Origin: Vicinamibacteria bacterium
GTDB lineage: Bacteria > Acidobacteriota > Vicinamibacteria > Marinacidobacterales > Marinacidobacteraceae
Assembly (NCBI GenBank): GCA_963422395.1
Contig: OY729431.1
Span: forward strand, 1,888,001 to 1,952,000
Direction: 5' to 3'
DNA: 64,000 nucleotides
Part shown: piece by piece, positions 1-9,968 of the stretch
Layout of the letters: each line of letters opens with the position of its first letter
Numbering within the stretch: the stretch's first letter is position 1
Program-made: the position numbers and the translations under genes
Notes under the pieces: model-generated
Told to the model about the DNA's origin: nothing
Databases searched by the model: none
What the model saw: only the letters and a program-made list of their open reading frames with translations

Positions 1-262
1 GGGCGTTCATGTCGGCCCCGGCCGCGGCGAGCAGTTCGATCGGTCTGGGATGACAGAGGTGTAGGCCTACGATATGCAGAGCGGTCTCACCACTCTCGTT
101 CCGCGCATTCGGGTCCGCCAATCCACTCGAGAAACATTCAGCGATGTGGTCCATAGCATCGACCACCGCGAAATTCCTCAGGGCCGGCCATCCCGGGCAT
201 CCTTTCGTCGCACCCGCCTCGGTGAGCAATTCGATCACCTCCGGGATGGGTTCAATACTATT
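1..262 (-). pseudogene. 3' part of ankyrin-repeat gene, separated from its 5' part by IS5 (runs off window edge)
   Basis: Minus strand from 262 reads NSIEPIPEVIELLTEAGA...ADPNARNESGETALHIVG...IELLAAAGADMNA (ankyrin consensus). It is in frame with ...QFYNN at 1473 once the IS and one TATT are removed. Confidence 0.85.
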
Positions 263-1472
263 GGACCCTCTGATTTATTGATTTCGTTTGGGGTATTCTG
301 CTTTGTATCGTCTGAGGAATGGCGGTGGGGGTTGATATGCGTCAGATGAGCTTTGCGGAAGCGGGATTCGACAGGTTTCGGAAGAAGACGAGGCGGCGTC
401 GGTTTTTGGAAGAGATGGACCGGGTGGTGCCGTGGGATGCGTTGTGCGCGGCGATCGCGCCGGTGTATCCGAAGCGGGGGCGTGGGCGACCGCCGGTGGA
501 GCTGGAACGGATGCTGCGGATCTACTTCTTGCAGCAGTGGTTCGACCTGTCGGACCCCGGGGTGGAGGAGGCGCTCTACGAGTCGGATTCGATGCGGCGC
601 TTCGTGGGGATCGACCTGGGGCGGGAGAGGGCGCCGGATGAGACGCGGTGTGCAAGTTCCGGCATCTGCTGGAGCGTCACGACCTGACGGAGGCGATGTT
701 CGAGCAGGTCCAGGAGTATCTGGCGGAGCACGGGGTGCGGGTGCGGAACGGGACGATCGTGGACGCGACGATCCTGACGGCGCCGAGTTCGAGGAAGAAC
801 CGGGCGAAGGCGCGGGCGGAGATGGGCTCGACACGGAAGGGGCAGCAGTGGTATTTCGGGATGAAGGCGCACATCGGGATGGACTCGCAGACGAAGCAGA
901 TCCATTCGGTGGTGGCGACGGCGGCGAATGTGCACGACTCGCAGGTGTTGGCGGAGCTGCTCCACGGAGGGGAGACGCGGGTGTGGGGGGACAAGGCGTA
1001 TTGCGGGCAACGGAAGGTGATTCGAGAAGTAGCGCCGCGGGCACAGGACTTCACACAGCGGAAGGCGTTTCGGAATCAGCCTCTCACCGAGCAGCAGCGG
1101 GCGGCGAACGTCAGGAAGGCGCGGGTTCGGGCTCGGGTGGAGCATCCGTTTCAGGTGATGAAGCGGGTGTTCGGGTTTCGGGAGGTGCGGTACCGAGGCA
1201 TCGAGAAGAACTGGCATCGGGTGGTGGCGACTTGCGCGCTGGTGAACCTGTTCCAAGCCAGGAGAGTGGTGATACGGGCGCAAGAGCGCTGCGCCTGCTG
1301 AGAAGACTCGGGGAGAGAGCCGAGGGGGCTGCCCGGAGCCTGACTCTCTTGCCCGGCGCGGGGGAATACTGCCGATGAAGGTCGGCACTCGAGGTTTCCT
1401 CACGAATCGTAGAAGCCGAGCTCCATCCGATATCGAGAATCCGACTAAAAAATCATCTTGATCAGACCTTCC
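263..1472 (+). mobile_element. IS5-family insertion sequence
   Basis: Imperfect TIRs GGACCCTCTGATT (263) and reverse complement GGAAGGTCTGATC (ending 1472). Flanked by TATT at 259-262 and 1473-1476. Carries an IS5 transposase. Confidence 0.9.
337..1301 (+). pseudogene. IS5 transposase, frameshifted near 643
   Basis: ORF1 has MLRIYFLQQWFDLSDPGVEEALY...PDET; ORF2 has CKFRHLLE...IVDAT...WYFGMKAHIG...WGDKAY...RARVEHPF. The usual PDETTVCKF is broken by one missing base (GAGACGCGGTGTGC). Confidence 0.88.
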
Positions 1473-3159
1473 TATTGTTGTAAAACTGCGCATCGTTGAG
1501 CACGGTCGCATTTCCCTTGTTCCGGATTCGCACATCCGCGCCCCCCCGGAGCAGCGCCTCGACCACTTCCGGTTCCGGAGCATACATATCCCCCACGACT
1601 GCCTTATGAAGAGGGGTCCCTCCTGAGACCCCCCCGATCGCATTCGGATCTAGCTCCATAGTCAAGAGCCTCTCGATCACGGCCGGATTCGGGTTGACTG
1701 CCGCCATGTGGAGCGCGTTCCATCCGGTCATCGTCGTACCCGCACCCGCCTGCGCGTGGACGTCCGCACCCGCGGCGAGGAGCGTCTCGAGCACAGCCAG
1801 GTTCTGGTTGTACATCGCCGCATAATGGAGAGCCGTTAAAGCTCTGCTGCTAGGGGCATCTACATCGGCACCCGCCGCGAGGAGCGCCTCGACCGTCGAC
1901 GGCTCGGCATTCCCCGCCGCCATATGGAGCGGGTTCAGTCCATCCTCATCCTGGATACTCAGATCGGCGCCGCCCGCGACGAGCGCCTCGATCACTTCCG
2001 GGGGTCTTGAGTATTGGGTTGCGAAGTGCAGCGGGGTTTCGTCAGGCTCATCGATACCATGATTCTGGGCGTCCGGATCCGCACCGCCCCTGATCAGCGT
2101 TTCGATCATTCTCGTGGTTTCGATCACTCCTCGCTTCTTGGAGGATTCGATCGTGCTATGGAGCGGAGTTTCTCCGAAGCCGTTCCGCCCGTTTGGATTC
2201 GCGCCCGCTGCGATCAGCGCTTCGAGAACCGCGGGATCCTGGGAGACACCAGCTGCGCCGTGCAGCAGGGTATCGTGGTAATTGTCTCGTACGTTCGGGT
2301 CCAGCCCCGCGGCCAGACACGCCGCCACGATTTCTATCGGGCTGCTCTTGAAAAAGCGAATCTGATCGGATACATCGCATTCCAGATCTTGCGATTCTCC
2401 GGAACGTTCGGAGCTCTCGGCCGTGCTTCCGGCCGCAGGAGCAGCGGCGTCCGGATCAGCGGCGCCCGGGCGCGCCGAGGACTTCTGAGTTTCGACCGGG
2501 TTCTCGGCTTCCCCACCGCCTTCGGAGCTCGACTCCCCGCCCCTCCTTCCGAACGACCTCAGCACGCCACCCACGCGAGACGCCGTCCGGGAAGCGCGCC
2601 GGGCCACTCTCGCCGTCGCTTCGACCGTTTCCGCACTCTCTCTCCCGCCGGGGATCGCCTCGAACACTGCCGAGTTCGCCGCGGCCTCCGCGACGGCCTG
2701 CGGGGTCAGGCCCTCTCCGTTCAGCGCGGTCAGATCCGCACCCGCCGCGACCAGCGACTCGATCACCGCCGAGTCACTGGATTCCGCCGCGAAATGCAGC
2801 GCCGTCCAACCGGCCTCGGACCGGAGATTCGGGTCGGCGCCCGCCTCGATCAGCGCGTCGATCACCTCCAGCGAGGCTTCCGCCCTGGCCGCGAGGTGGA
2901 GCGGGGTCAGGCCCCCCTCGGCGCGAGCGTTCGGATCTGCACCCGCCGCAAGACACGCCTCCACTTCCTCCACCTCGGCACTCTCGAAAAAGCCCGGCGT
3001 GTTCCAGCCCCGGCAATCGGTTTCCGTCCGGTCGGAGAGCAGCCGCTTGGCGAGCCGTCCGAACTGGGCGGCGGCCTCCGCGGGAGCGGCCCACGAAAAG
3101 ACCACCGAACTCAGGACCGCCGCAGCGCCGAACCCGCGCATTCTCTTCCTCTTCGTCAT
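1462..3159 (-). pseudogene. Secreted ankyrin-repeat protein, 5' part truncated by IS5
   Basis: Signal-like N-terminus (MTKRKRMRGFGAAAVLSSVVFSWAAPAEA) and many G-x-T-P/A-L-H...L-I-x-A-G-A-D-P-N repeats. The last codons (RKV*) come from the IS end. Confidence 0.88.
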
Positions 3160-3370
3160 GTCTTCCCTCTCTTTCGACTCCCGGCCCCCAGCCGGAAGAC
3201 GACTACTCTATCCACAGATTGTCGAGCCCCCGGCCCCTCTCGCGTCGGCGAGGCCGGAGAGAGCTTGCGAGCCTCTACAGGACCAGCGGCAGGAAGCCTT
3301 CGTCCACCGGCAGCCCGCCCCGTCCGTATCCGATGCGCCGGCCTCCCTTCTAGAATCCGCGCGGTTCCCC

Positions 3371-4561
3371 TTGCGCATTCTCTACCTCGATCTCTCCGCC
3401 GGCATTTCGGGAGACATGCTGCTGGGCGCGCTGGTGGACATCGGGGTTCCGCGCGAAACCCTCGAGGAAACGGTTGCCGCGCTGGGCTGCCCGGTATCGC
3501 TGACGTTCGAAGAGAGTGCCCGCGGCGGACTTCGCGGGACTCGAGCCCGCGTCGAAGCACCGGACGACCGGGGGCACCGCCGCCTCGCGGATTTCCTGGC
3601 CGCTCTGGACCGGAGCCGGCTCTCCGGCGATGTCCCGGAGCGAGCGGCCCAACTGCTCCGCCGGATCTTCGAAGCCGAAGCCCGGATCCACGGCATGACC
3701 CCCGAGTCGGTCCACCTTCACGAACTCGGCTCCCTCGACACCCTGGTGGACATCGTGGGAGCGGTCGCCGGAGTCGCCTGCCTCGACCCCGATCAGGTCG
3801 TGGGTTCCCCCGTCAACCTCGGCAGCGGCTCGGTCGAGGCCGAGCACGGCACCCTCGAAATCCCCGCCCCGGCCACCGGCATGCTGCTGCGCGGCGTGCC
3901 GACATTCTCCGACGGGTCCGGTTTCGAGCGCACCACTCCGACCGGAGCAGTTCTGACCGGGCTCGCCTGCTCCTTCGGCGGCTGGCCCCCGATGACCGCC
4001 GAACGGATCGGATACGGCCTCGGTTCCGCCGATCCGCAGGAGGGGCGTCCGAACGCGCTGCGCGTGGTGCTCGGGTCCGCCCCTGACCTCGCTGACCACG
4101 CCGGCCGGGTGGTCATCGTCGTCGAGACGACGCTCGACGACCTGCAGCCCGAGCTCGCGCCGCACCTGATCGAGAGCCTGCTCGCCGCGGGCGCGCGGGA
4201 TGCCTTCTTCACCCCGGTGCAGATGAAAAAGGGTCGGCCCGGACTGTTGTTGACCGCCCTCGCCGATCCCGCTCGCCGGGAGGCGGTCGTGGCGGCCCTG
4301 TTCTCGGAGAGCACGACACTCGGTGTCCGGATCACGGAGGCGGAGCGGGAGACCCTGGAGCGCCGCGTCGTCTCCGCCCGTACGCCGTGGGGGGAAGTCG
4401 GGCTCAAGATCGGAATGCGGGGTGGAAACGTGGTCAACCGAGCTCCGGAATTCGAGGATTGCCGGCGTCTCGCGGCGTCCGCCGGCGTTCCCCTGAAGGA
4501 GATCTACCGGCACGCGCTCGGCGCGCCTCTCCCCGAGCTCTTCGGCCGGGACCGAAAGTGA
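3371..4561 (+). CDS. larC: Nickel pincer cofactor biosynthesis protein LarC
   Basis: TTG start, MRILYLDLSAGISGDMLLGALVD; AEARIHG...VHLHELGSLD; PVQMKKGRPG; ESTTLGVR; PEFEDC. Confidence 0.92.
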   Translation: MRILYLDLSAGISGDMLLGALVDIGVPRETLEETVAALGCPVSLTFEESARGGLRGTRARVEAPDDRGHRRLADFLAALDRSRLSGDVPERAAQLLRRIFEAEARIHGMTPESVHLHELGSLDTLVDIVGAVAGVACLDPDQVVGSPVNLGSGSVEAEHGTLEIPAPATGMLLRGVPTFSDGSGFERTTPTGAVLTGLACSFGGWPPMTAERIGYGLGSADPQEGRPNALRVVLGSAPDLADHAGRVVIVVETTLDDLQPELAPHLIESLLAAGARDAFFTPVQMKKGRPGLLLTALADPARREAVVAALFSESTTLGVRITEAERETLERRVVSARTPWGEVGLKIGMRGGNVVNRAPEFEDCRRLAASAGVPLKEIYRHALGAPLPELFGRDRK

Positions 4562-5400
4562 CCGACTCGCACGCCCACCTCGACCAACCGGCGTTCGATC
4601 CCGATCGCCGCCCGGTCCTCGAGCGGGCGCGCGCCGCCGGAGTCGAAATCGTCGTCTCCATCGGGATGCTCGACGCCGAGGAGTCGTGGCGGCGCACCTT
4701 CGCCCTCGTGAGCGACCTCCATCCCGGCGGCAGCGATCACGAAGAGCCGGGACTCCCGCAAATCTTCACTACCATCGGCTGCCATCCCCATGAAGCGCGC
4801 CTCTTCGACTCGTTCGGCGGGGAGAAACGACTCACCGACCTCGCACGCCGTCCGAGACTGCTCGCCATCGGCGAGGTCGGGCTCGATTACCACTACGACC
4901 GGAGCCCCCGCCCGGAACAGCGCGACACTTTCCGCCGGCAGATCCGGGTGGCCCGCGAGCTCGATCTTCCGGTGGTGGTGCATCAGCGAGACGCGGAGGA
5001 CGACTTCTTGCGGATCGCCGACGAAGAGGGACTTTCGGAATGCGGCGCCGTCCTCCATTGCTTCACCGCGAGCGAGCGGCTCGCCGAGGCCGCCGTCGAA
5101 CGCGGTTTCCTGATCTCGTTCTCCGGGATCCTCACCTTCCGGGGAGCGGGCGATCTCCGCCGAACTGCAGCCCGAGTGCCGCTCGACCACCTCCTCGTCG
5201 AAACCGACTGCCCGTATCTCGCCCCGATCCCGCACCGCGGACGACGCGCCGAGCCCGCGATGGTGGTGGAAACCGCCCGGTGCCTCGCTGCCGAAAGGAG
5301 CGCCGCGCTCCCGGACCTCGAAGCGGCCACCGACGCCAACTTCCGCCGGTTCTTCCTCGGAGGATCCCGCACCGGGACCCCGGCACCCACCGTGCGATAA
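4558..5400 (+). CDS. tatD: TatD family deoxyribonuclease
   Basis: DSHAHLD, GCHPH, AIGEVGLDYHY, LHCF, LLVETDCPYLAP motifs. GTG start overlaps the larC stop. Confidence 0.92.
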   Translation: MTDSHAHLDQPAFDPDRRPVLERARAAGVEIVVSIGMLDAEESWRRTFALVSDLHPGGSDHEEPGLPQIFTTIGCHPHEARLFDSFGGEKRLTDLARRPRLLAIGEVGLDYHYDRSPRPEQRDTFRRQIRVARELDLPVVVHQRDAEDDFLRIADEEGLSECGAVLHCFTASERLAEAAVERGFLISFSGILTFRGAGDLRRTAARVPLDHLLVETDCPYLAPIPHRGRRAEPAMVVETARCLAAERSAALPDLEAATDANFRRFFLGGSRTGTPAPTVR

Positions 5401-5414
5401 TCGGCGGTCGGCCC

Positions 5415-6413
5415 ATGCTCTCCGTATCGAGCCCCTCAGGGGTATTGATCGAGCTGGAGGCGGAGATCGCTCCCGATCTCGCCGAGGTGGAACGCATCCT
5501 CGCCGCGCGGGTGGAAAGCGATCTAGAGCTCATCCGGCTGGCCAGCCGGTACCTCTACCGGAGCGGCGGCAAGCGGATCCGCCCGATGCTGCTGCTGCTC
5601 GCCGCACGGGCCGCGGGAGGCGACGGCGGCGGCGGCGGCGCGTACTACGGCGCCATGGTCGAGATCATGCATACGGCCACCCTCGTCCACGACGACATCG
5701 TGGACGCCGCCGACACCCGGCGCGGGCAGGAATCGCTGAACAATCTGCTCGGCAACGACCTGACGGTCCTGATCGGCGACTTCCTCTACATCCAATCCAT
5801 GTCGCTGGCGGTCGAAGGAGAAAAGCCCCGGATCGTCGCCCTGATGTGCGATCTGACGATGCGCATGATCGAGGGGATGCTTCTCGAAAAGGCCCGCGCC
5901 GGCATCTTGGGCCTGACCCGGGACGAACACCTGGAGATCCTCCGCCTCAAGACGGCCTACCTGTTCCACGGATGCGGCAGGATGGGCGCGATGATCGCGG
6001 AGGCGCCGCCCGAGGTCGAACGAGCGCTCGGGGACTACTGCATGAATCTGGGGATGGCGTTCCAGGTGGCCGACGATCTGTTCGATTTCACCGCGAGCGC
6101 CGCCGAAGTCGGCAAGCCGGTCCTGAGCGACCTCAAAGACGGCCACCTCACGCTGCCCATCCTCTATGCCCTCGAACAGGAGCCGGCTGCGATACCGCTG
6201 GTAGAAGGCGTGCTCGAGAGTGGACGACTCAACCCCGAGGCGCACAAGGAAATCCTTTCGCTCGTCGAGCGGCAGGGCGGACTCGACGAAGCGCGGCGGG
6301 TGGCCGAGGGCTTCACCGCCGCCGCGCGCAAGGCGCTCGCCCCGCTGCCGCCGTCTCCCTATCGGGACGGGTTCGAGGCGCTTGCCGAGTATGTGATCTG
6401 GCGCGACCGCTGA
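5415..6413 (+). CDS. Polyprenyl diphosphate synthase (IspB-like)
   Basis: GGKRIRP, HTATLVHDDIVD..RRG, KTA, FQVADDLFD, GKPVLSDL. Confidence 0.92.
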   Translation: MLSVSSPSGVLIELEAEIAPDLAEVERILAARVESDLELIRLASRYLYRSGGKRIRPMLLLLAARAAGGDGGGGGAYYGAMVEIMHTATLVHDDIVDAADTRRGQESLNNLLGNDLTVLIGDFLYIQSMSLAVEGEKPRIVALMCDLTMRMIEGMLLEKARAGILGLTRDEHLEILRLKTAYLFHGCGRMGAMIAEAPPEVERALGDYCMNLGMAFQVADDLFDFTASAAEVGKPVLSDLKDGHLTLPILYALEQEPAAIPLVEGVLESGRLNPEAHKEILSLVERQGGLDEARRVAEGFTAAARKALAPLPPSPYRDGFEALAEYVIWRDR

Positions 6414-6877
6414 ACCTCCGATTTCCGCCCTATCGCCACCGGCCGGGCCAAACACCGCACCCGGAACGGGATCCGGGAGGGCATCGACTGCTGGAACAGC
6501 TGCCCCGAGAGCTGCTGCCGGCGGCGCCGGTTCCCTTGGCGGCGCTTCTCGACGCGGCGCTCTTCGACTACGGCGAGCGCCTGCTGCGGGCCGGGTACGC
6601 CTGGGAAGCCCACGCGGTCTGGGAAGAGCTCTGGCGCGCCGCGAAAGCTTCGGCGGAAGGGAACCAGACGCCCGAGAGCGAAGCGCTGCGCGCCTTCATC
6701 CAGCTCGCCGCCGCCGCGCTCAAGCACGAGCTCGGCAACGCTGCCGGAAGCCGGAAACTCCTCGCGGCGGCGGCGCGCTCTCTCCATCGCGCCGATCGCG
6801 GCGGCCGGGCAGCAGAGAGGATCGAAAGACGCTTCCGGGAACTTTCGACAGCGTGCGGGCTAGCAGCCCATGGATGA
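6410..6877 (+). CDS. DUF309 domain protein
   Basis: PPYRHRPGQTPHP...YAWEAHAVWEELW...FIQLAAAALKH. Start uncertain; stop lies in the adjacent repeat. Confidence 0.7.
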   Translation: MNLRFPPYRHRPGQTPHPERDPGGHRLLEQLPRELLPAAPVPLAALLDAALFDYGERLLRAGYAWEAHAVWEELWRAAKASAEGNQTPESEALRAFIQLAAAALKHELGNAAGSRKLLAAAARSLHRADRGGRAAERIERRFRELSTACGLAAHG

Positions 6878-7076
6878 AGTGGCGCGAGCACCGAGACCGG
6901 GCCAGTTCTCCCGGTGGGGGGGCGGCGCCTGGCTGACAAGGCGCGATTCGGGAGGCATACCGGGCGTATTCCGACTGATTTGCAACGAAGAGCGAAGCGG
7001 TTCAGCCAGGGACCCCACCGGGAGGACTGGGCATCGCCGGTCGACTGCCGTGTGACTTCGTCCAGGGGCGGGCTAG
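6860..7076 (+). mobile_element. MITE-like modular repeat element, copy E1
   Basis: CTAGCAGCCCATGGATGAAGT...GACTTCGTCCAGGGGCGGGCTAG. Internal stem CCAGTTCTCCCGGTGGGG/CCCCACCGGGAGGACTGG. Closely similar to 26652-26830 and, inverted, to 63271-63460. Confidence 0.85.
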
Positions 7077-7085
7077 CATCCTGAA

Positions 7086-8339
7086 ATGCCTCTCCCGCCG
7101 CCCGGAGACGAGGACATCGCGGTGCTCGTGGTGGACGATGAAGCGGTGATCCGCCGATCGCTCCGCCGGCGGCTGCGCTACGAGGGCTGGAGAGTCTCCG
7201 AAGCAGCCTCGGGGCCCGAGGCATTGGCCGCGCTAGAACGCGAACCGGTGGACCTCGTCGTCCTCGACATCAAGATGCCGGGGATGGACGGCATGGAAGT
7301 GCTCGAGCGCATCCGCTCCGAGCGACCCGCGATCGCGGTGGTGATGCACACCGGCCACGGGGATATCGAGACCGCGGTGCGGGCGATCCAGGCCGGAGCA
7401 GCGCACTTCCTCGAAAAGGGGGGAGGCGGAGACATCGGGGCCTGTCTGCGGATGGCGATCGAGAAGACCGCCACGCTCGAGCGGAAGCGCCTCGAAGGGG
7501 AGAACCGGCGCCTCGCCGCCGAAGTCGAGGAACATCGGAACCGGCAGGGTGCACAACGGCAACTGGTGGGGGACTCCCCGGTGCTGCGTGCGGTGCGCGA
7601 GCGGATCGAACGGGTGGCGCCGAGCGATGTGCGGGTGCTCATCACCGGGGAATCGGGCACCGGGAAGGAGGTCGCGGCGCGGCTCCTCCACGACGAAAGC
7701 CCCCGGGCGGGGGGGCCGTTCATCGAAGTCAACTGCGCCGCGATTCCCGAAGAGCTCATCGAGAGCGAACTGTTCGGTGCCGAGCGCGGCTCCTACACCG
7801 GAGCGCACCGGCAGAGGATCGGAAAGTTCGAGCAGGCGAACGGCGGCACTCTGTTCCTCGACGAGGTGGGCGACATGAGCCCGCGCACCCAAGCCAAAGT
7901 GCTGCGCGCGCTCGAGGAGCAACGGATCACCCGGGTCGGCGGCTCGAGTCCGGTCGCAGTGGATGTGCGGGTTCTCTCGGCGACGAACCAGAACCTCCGC
8001 CGGCAGGGCTTCCGCAGCGACCTGCTCCACCGGCTGGAGGTGATTCCTCTCGAGATGCCCCCTCTCCGGGAGCGCCGGGAAGACATCCCCGCACTCGTGG
8101 GCCATTTCCTCGAAACTCTCGAGCAGAACGAACACCAACGCCCCCGCCCGTTCACCGCCGGGGCGCTCCAGACGCTCGCGGCGCACTCGTTCCCGGGGAA
8201 TGTGCGCGAGCTCCGAAACCTCGTCGAACGGCTGCTGATCCTGAGCCCCGGAGACGAGATCGAGGAGGCCGATGTGCGGGAACAGCTGCGCGGCGGCGGC
8301 CCATCCCGGCCCGATGGAAACGGCGAAAACAACGATTGA
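7086..8339 (+). CDS. Sigma-54-dependent response regulator (NtrC/NtrX-like) lacking the C-terminal HTH
   Basis: Receiver (VVDDE, LDIKMP) plus AAA+ (GESGTGKE, ESELFG, GSYTGA, FLDEVG, FPGNVRELRN). Ends soon after the AAA+ domain. Confidence 0.9.
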   Translation: MPLPPPGDEDIAVLVVDDEAVIRRSLRRRLRYEGWRVSEAASGPEALAALEREPVDLVVLDIKMPGMDGMEVLERIRSERPAIAVVMHTGHGDIETAVRAIQAGAAHFLEKGGGGDIGACLRMAIEKTATLERKRLEGENRRLAAEVEEHRNRQGAQRQLVGDSPVLRAVRERIERVAPSDVRVLITGESGTGKEVAARLLHDESPRAGGPFIEVNCAAIPEELIESELFGAERGSYTGAHRQRIGKFEQANGGTLFLDEVGDMSPRTQAKVLRALEEQRITRVGGSSPVAVDVRVLSATNQNLRRQGFRSDLLHRLEVIPLEMPPLRERREDIPALVGHFLETLEQNEHQRPRPFTAGALQTLAAHSFPGNVRELRNLVERLLILSPGDEIEEADVREQLRGGGPSRPDGNGENND

Positions 8340-8446
8340 CGCGGCGGCCGAGAGAGCTGTTCGTTCGGCCGCCAACGAGCGGCTGAGGGTCGCGGAGACG
8401 ATGAGGGACTGCGGAAGGTAGAAGCAGAGTAGAATTCCCCCGGTTC

Positions 8447-8811
8447 GAGTCGTTCAGACGGTCGCCGGCTCGTTCGAGCGGGAGGAAAGTCCGAACTCCG
8501 AAAGGCAGTGCGCTGGATAACTCCCAGTCCGGGTGACCGGAAGGAAAGTGCCACAGAAAACAAACCGCCTCTTCCTTCGGGAGCGGCAAGGGTGAAAAGG
8601 TGCGGTAAGAGCGCACCGCCCGGGCAGTGATGTTCGGGGCACGGTAAACCCCGCATGGAGCAAGACCAAATAGAGAAGCGTCCGAGGGCCGCCTGTCCGA
8701 GCTTCCGGGTAGGTCGCTCGATCCGTCGGGCAACCGGCGGGCTAGATGCATGACCGTCGCCGCGTTCCGGGAAACCGGCTCGCGGAACAGAATTCGGCTT
8801 ACGAGCGGCTC
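8447..8811 (+). ncRNA. rnpB: RNase P RNA (class A)
   Basis: GAGGAAAGTCCGAACTCC, AGTGCCACAGAAAA, GGGTGAAAAGGTGCGGTAAGAGCGCAC, GGTAAACCCC..GGAGCAAG, ACAGAATTCGGCTTA. The 5' and 3' ends pair, and a TAGAAT -10 box lies at 8430. Confidence 0.97.
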
Positions 8812-9020
8812 GGACCGATCGTGCGGAACGATGGGCCTCGCCGGGCCGGCGGCGGATCGTGGCCCGGCCCCCCGGCCGGCGGCCGCCGGCCGGAATACCC
8901 ATCAGGAGTACCCGGCGGGGATCCCTTGTCTGGAGTGCTTTCTGGAAAGCTGTCGGGAACGATGACGGAACCGGCAACGGACCGGCGTGCGCCGCGGCCG
9001 CGGCCCGGAGCCGCCGGCCC

Positions 9021-9968
9021 GTGATCCTCGTAACCGGCGGCGCCGGCTTCATCGGCTCGGTACTCGTCTCGCGGCTCTCCGGCCGGGGAGAGCGGGTTCG
9101 GGTGCTCGACGACTTCTCCACCGGAAAGCGCGAACGGGTGGCCGAGCTCCCTCTCGTGGATGTGTTCGAGGGCGACATCCAGGATCCCGAAGCCGTACGG
9201 AGCGCGCTCGTCGGTGTGGACCGGGTCGTCCATCTCGCCGCAGTGGCCTCCGTCCCTCACGCCGAGCGAGAGCCCGAGGCCGCGACTCGGGTGAATGTCG
9301 CCGGCACGCTGGTGGTGCTCGGCGAGTCCCGCCGCGCCGGGGTGAAAAGCCTGGTGTACGCATCTTCGTGCTCGGTATATGGCGATGCCGGCGAAGATGC
9401 GATCGGCGAAACCACGCCCCAGCACCCCATCTCGGCGTATGCCGCGACGAAGCTGGCGGGCGAGCGGCATGTCCTCCTGTACCACCGGACCGGAGGGCCG
9501 CCGGCGATCGCCCTGCGCTTTTTCAATATCTATGGCCCGGGGCAGTCGCTCGACTCCCCCTATTCGGGAGTGATCGTCCGGTTTGCCGCGGCGGCACTTT
9601 CGGGAGGGCGCCCCCACATCTACGGGGACGGCGAACAGACGAGGGATTTCCTCTCGGTGGCCGATGTCGCCCGAGCGGTGATGCGTGCACTCGAGGCGGC
9701 GGGAGGCGCAGCGGGAGGCGAGGTGTTCAACATCGGCTCCGGGCGCGGAACGACGGTGAACGATATCTGGCGTCATGTCGCGGCGGCCGCCGCAGTCACC
9801 CGGTCCCCCCAGTTCTACCCCCCCCGGCCGGGGGACCCGCGCAACGCTCGGGCGCGGACCGACAAAGCGGCGGAAATGCTTGGTTTTCGGACGCGCATCG
9901 AGCTTGCCGAGGGAATCCGGGATCTCGTTTCCGCGATAGCGCGGGATGGAACTCTCGCGGCTCGTTAG
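9021..9968 (+). CDS. NAD-dependent epimerase/dehydratase (UDP-glucose 4-epimerase-like)
   Basis: ILVTGGAGFIGS, HLAA, ASSCSVYG, YAATK, LRFFNIYGPGQ, GDGEQTRDF. Confidence 0.92.
   Translation: MILVTGGAGFIGSVLVSRLSGRGERVRVLDDFSTGKRERVAELPLVDVFEGDIQDPEAVRSALVGVDRVVHLAAVASVPHAEREPEAATRVNVAGTLVVLGESRRAGVKSLVYASSCSVYGDAGEDAIGETTPQHPISAYAATKLAGERHVLLYHRTGGPPAIALRFFNIYGPGQSLDSPYSGVIVRFAAAALSGGRPHIYGDGEQTRDFLSVADVARAVMRALEAAGGAAGGEVFNIGSGRGTTVNDIWRHVAAAAAVTRSPQFYPPRPGDPRNARARTDKAAEMLGFRTRIELAEGIRDLVSAIARDGTLAAR

Noticed and set aside
630-690. Programmed frameshift in the IS5 transposase
   Set aside because: No slippery A-run is present. It is a single-base loss in a conserved motif, so a mutation or sequencing error is more likely.
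3208-3216. DnaA-box-like CTATCCACA
   Set aside because: A single mismatched box with no cluster or origin context.
2014-4086. Long ORFs such as 2014-4086, 17482-19920, 31324-33534, 53561-55735 and 58377-60683
   Set aside because: Antisense or alternate-frame shadows of well-supported genes in high-GC DNA, Arg/Pro/Gly-rich with no recognisable motifs.
8441-8455. tRNA suggested by GGTTCGAGTC (T-loop-like)
   Set aside because: No cloverleaf; it is the 5' stem of RNase P RNA.
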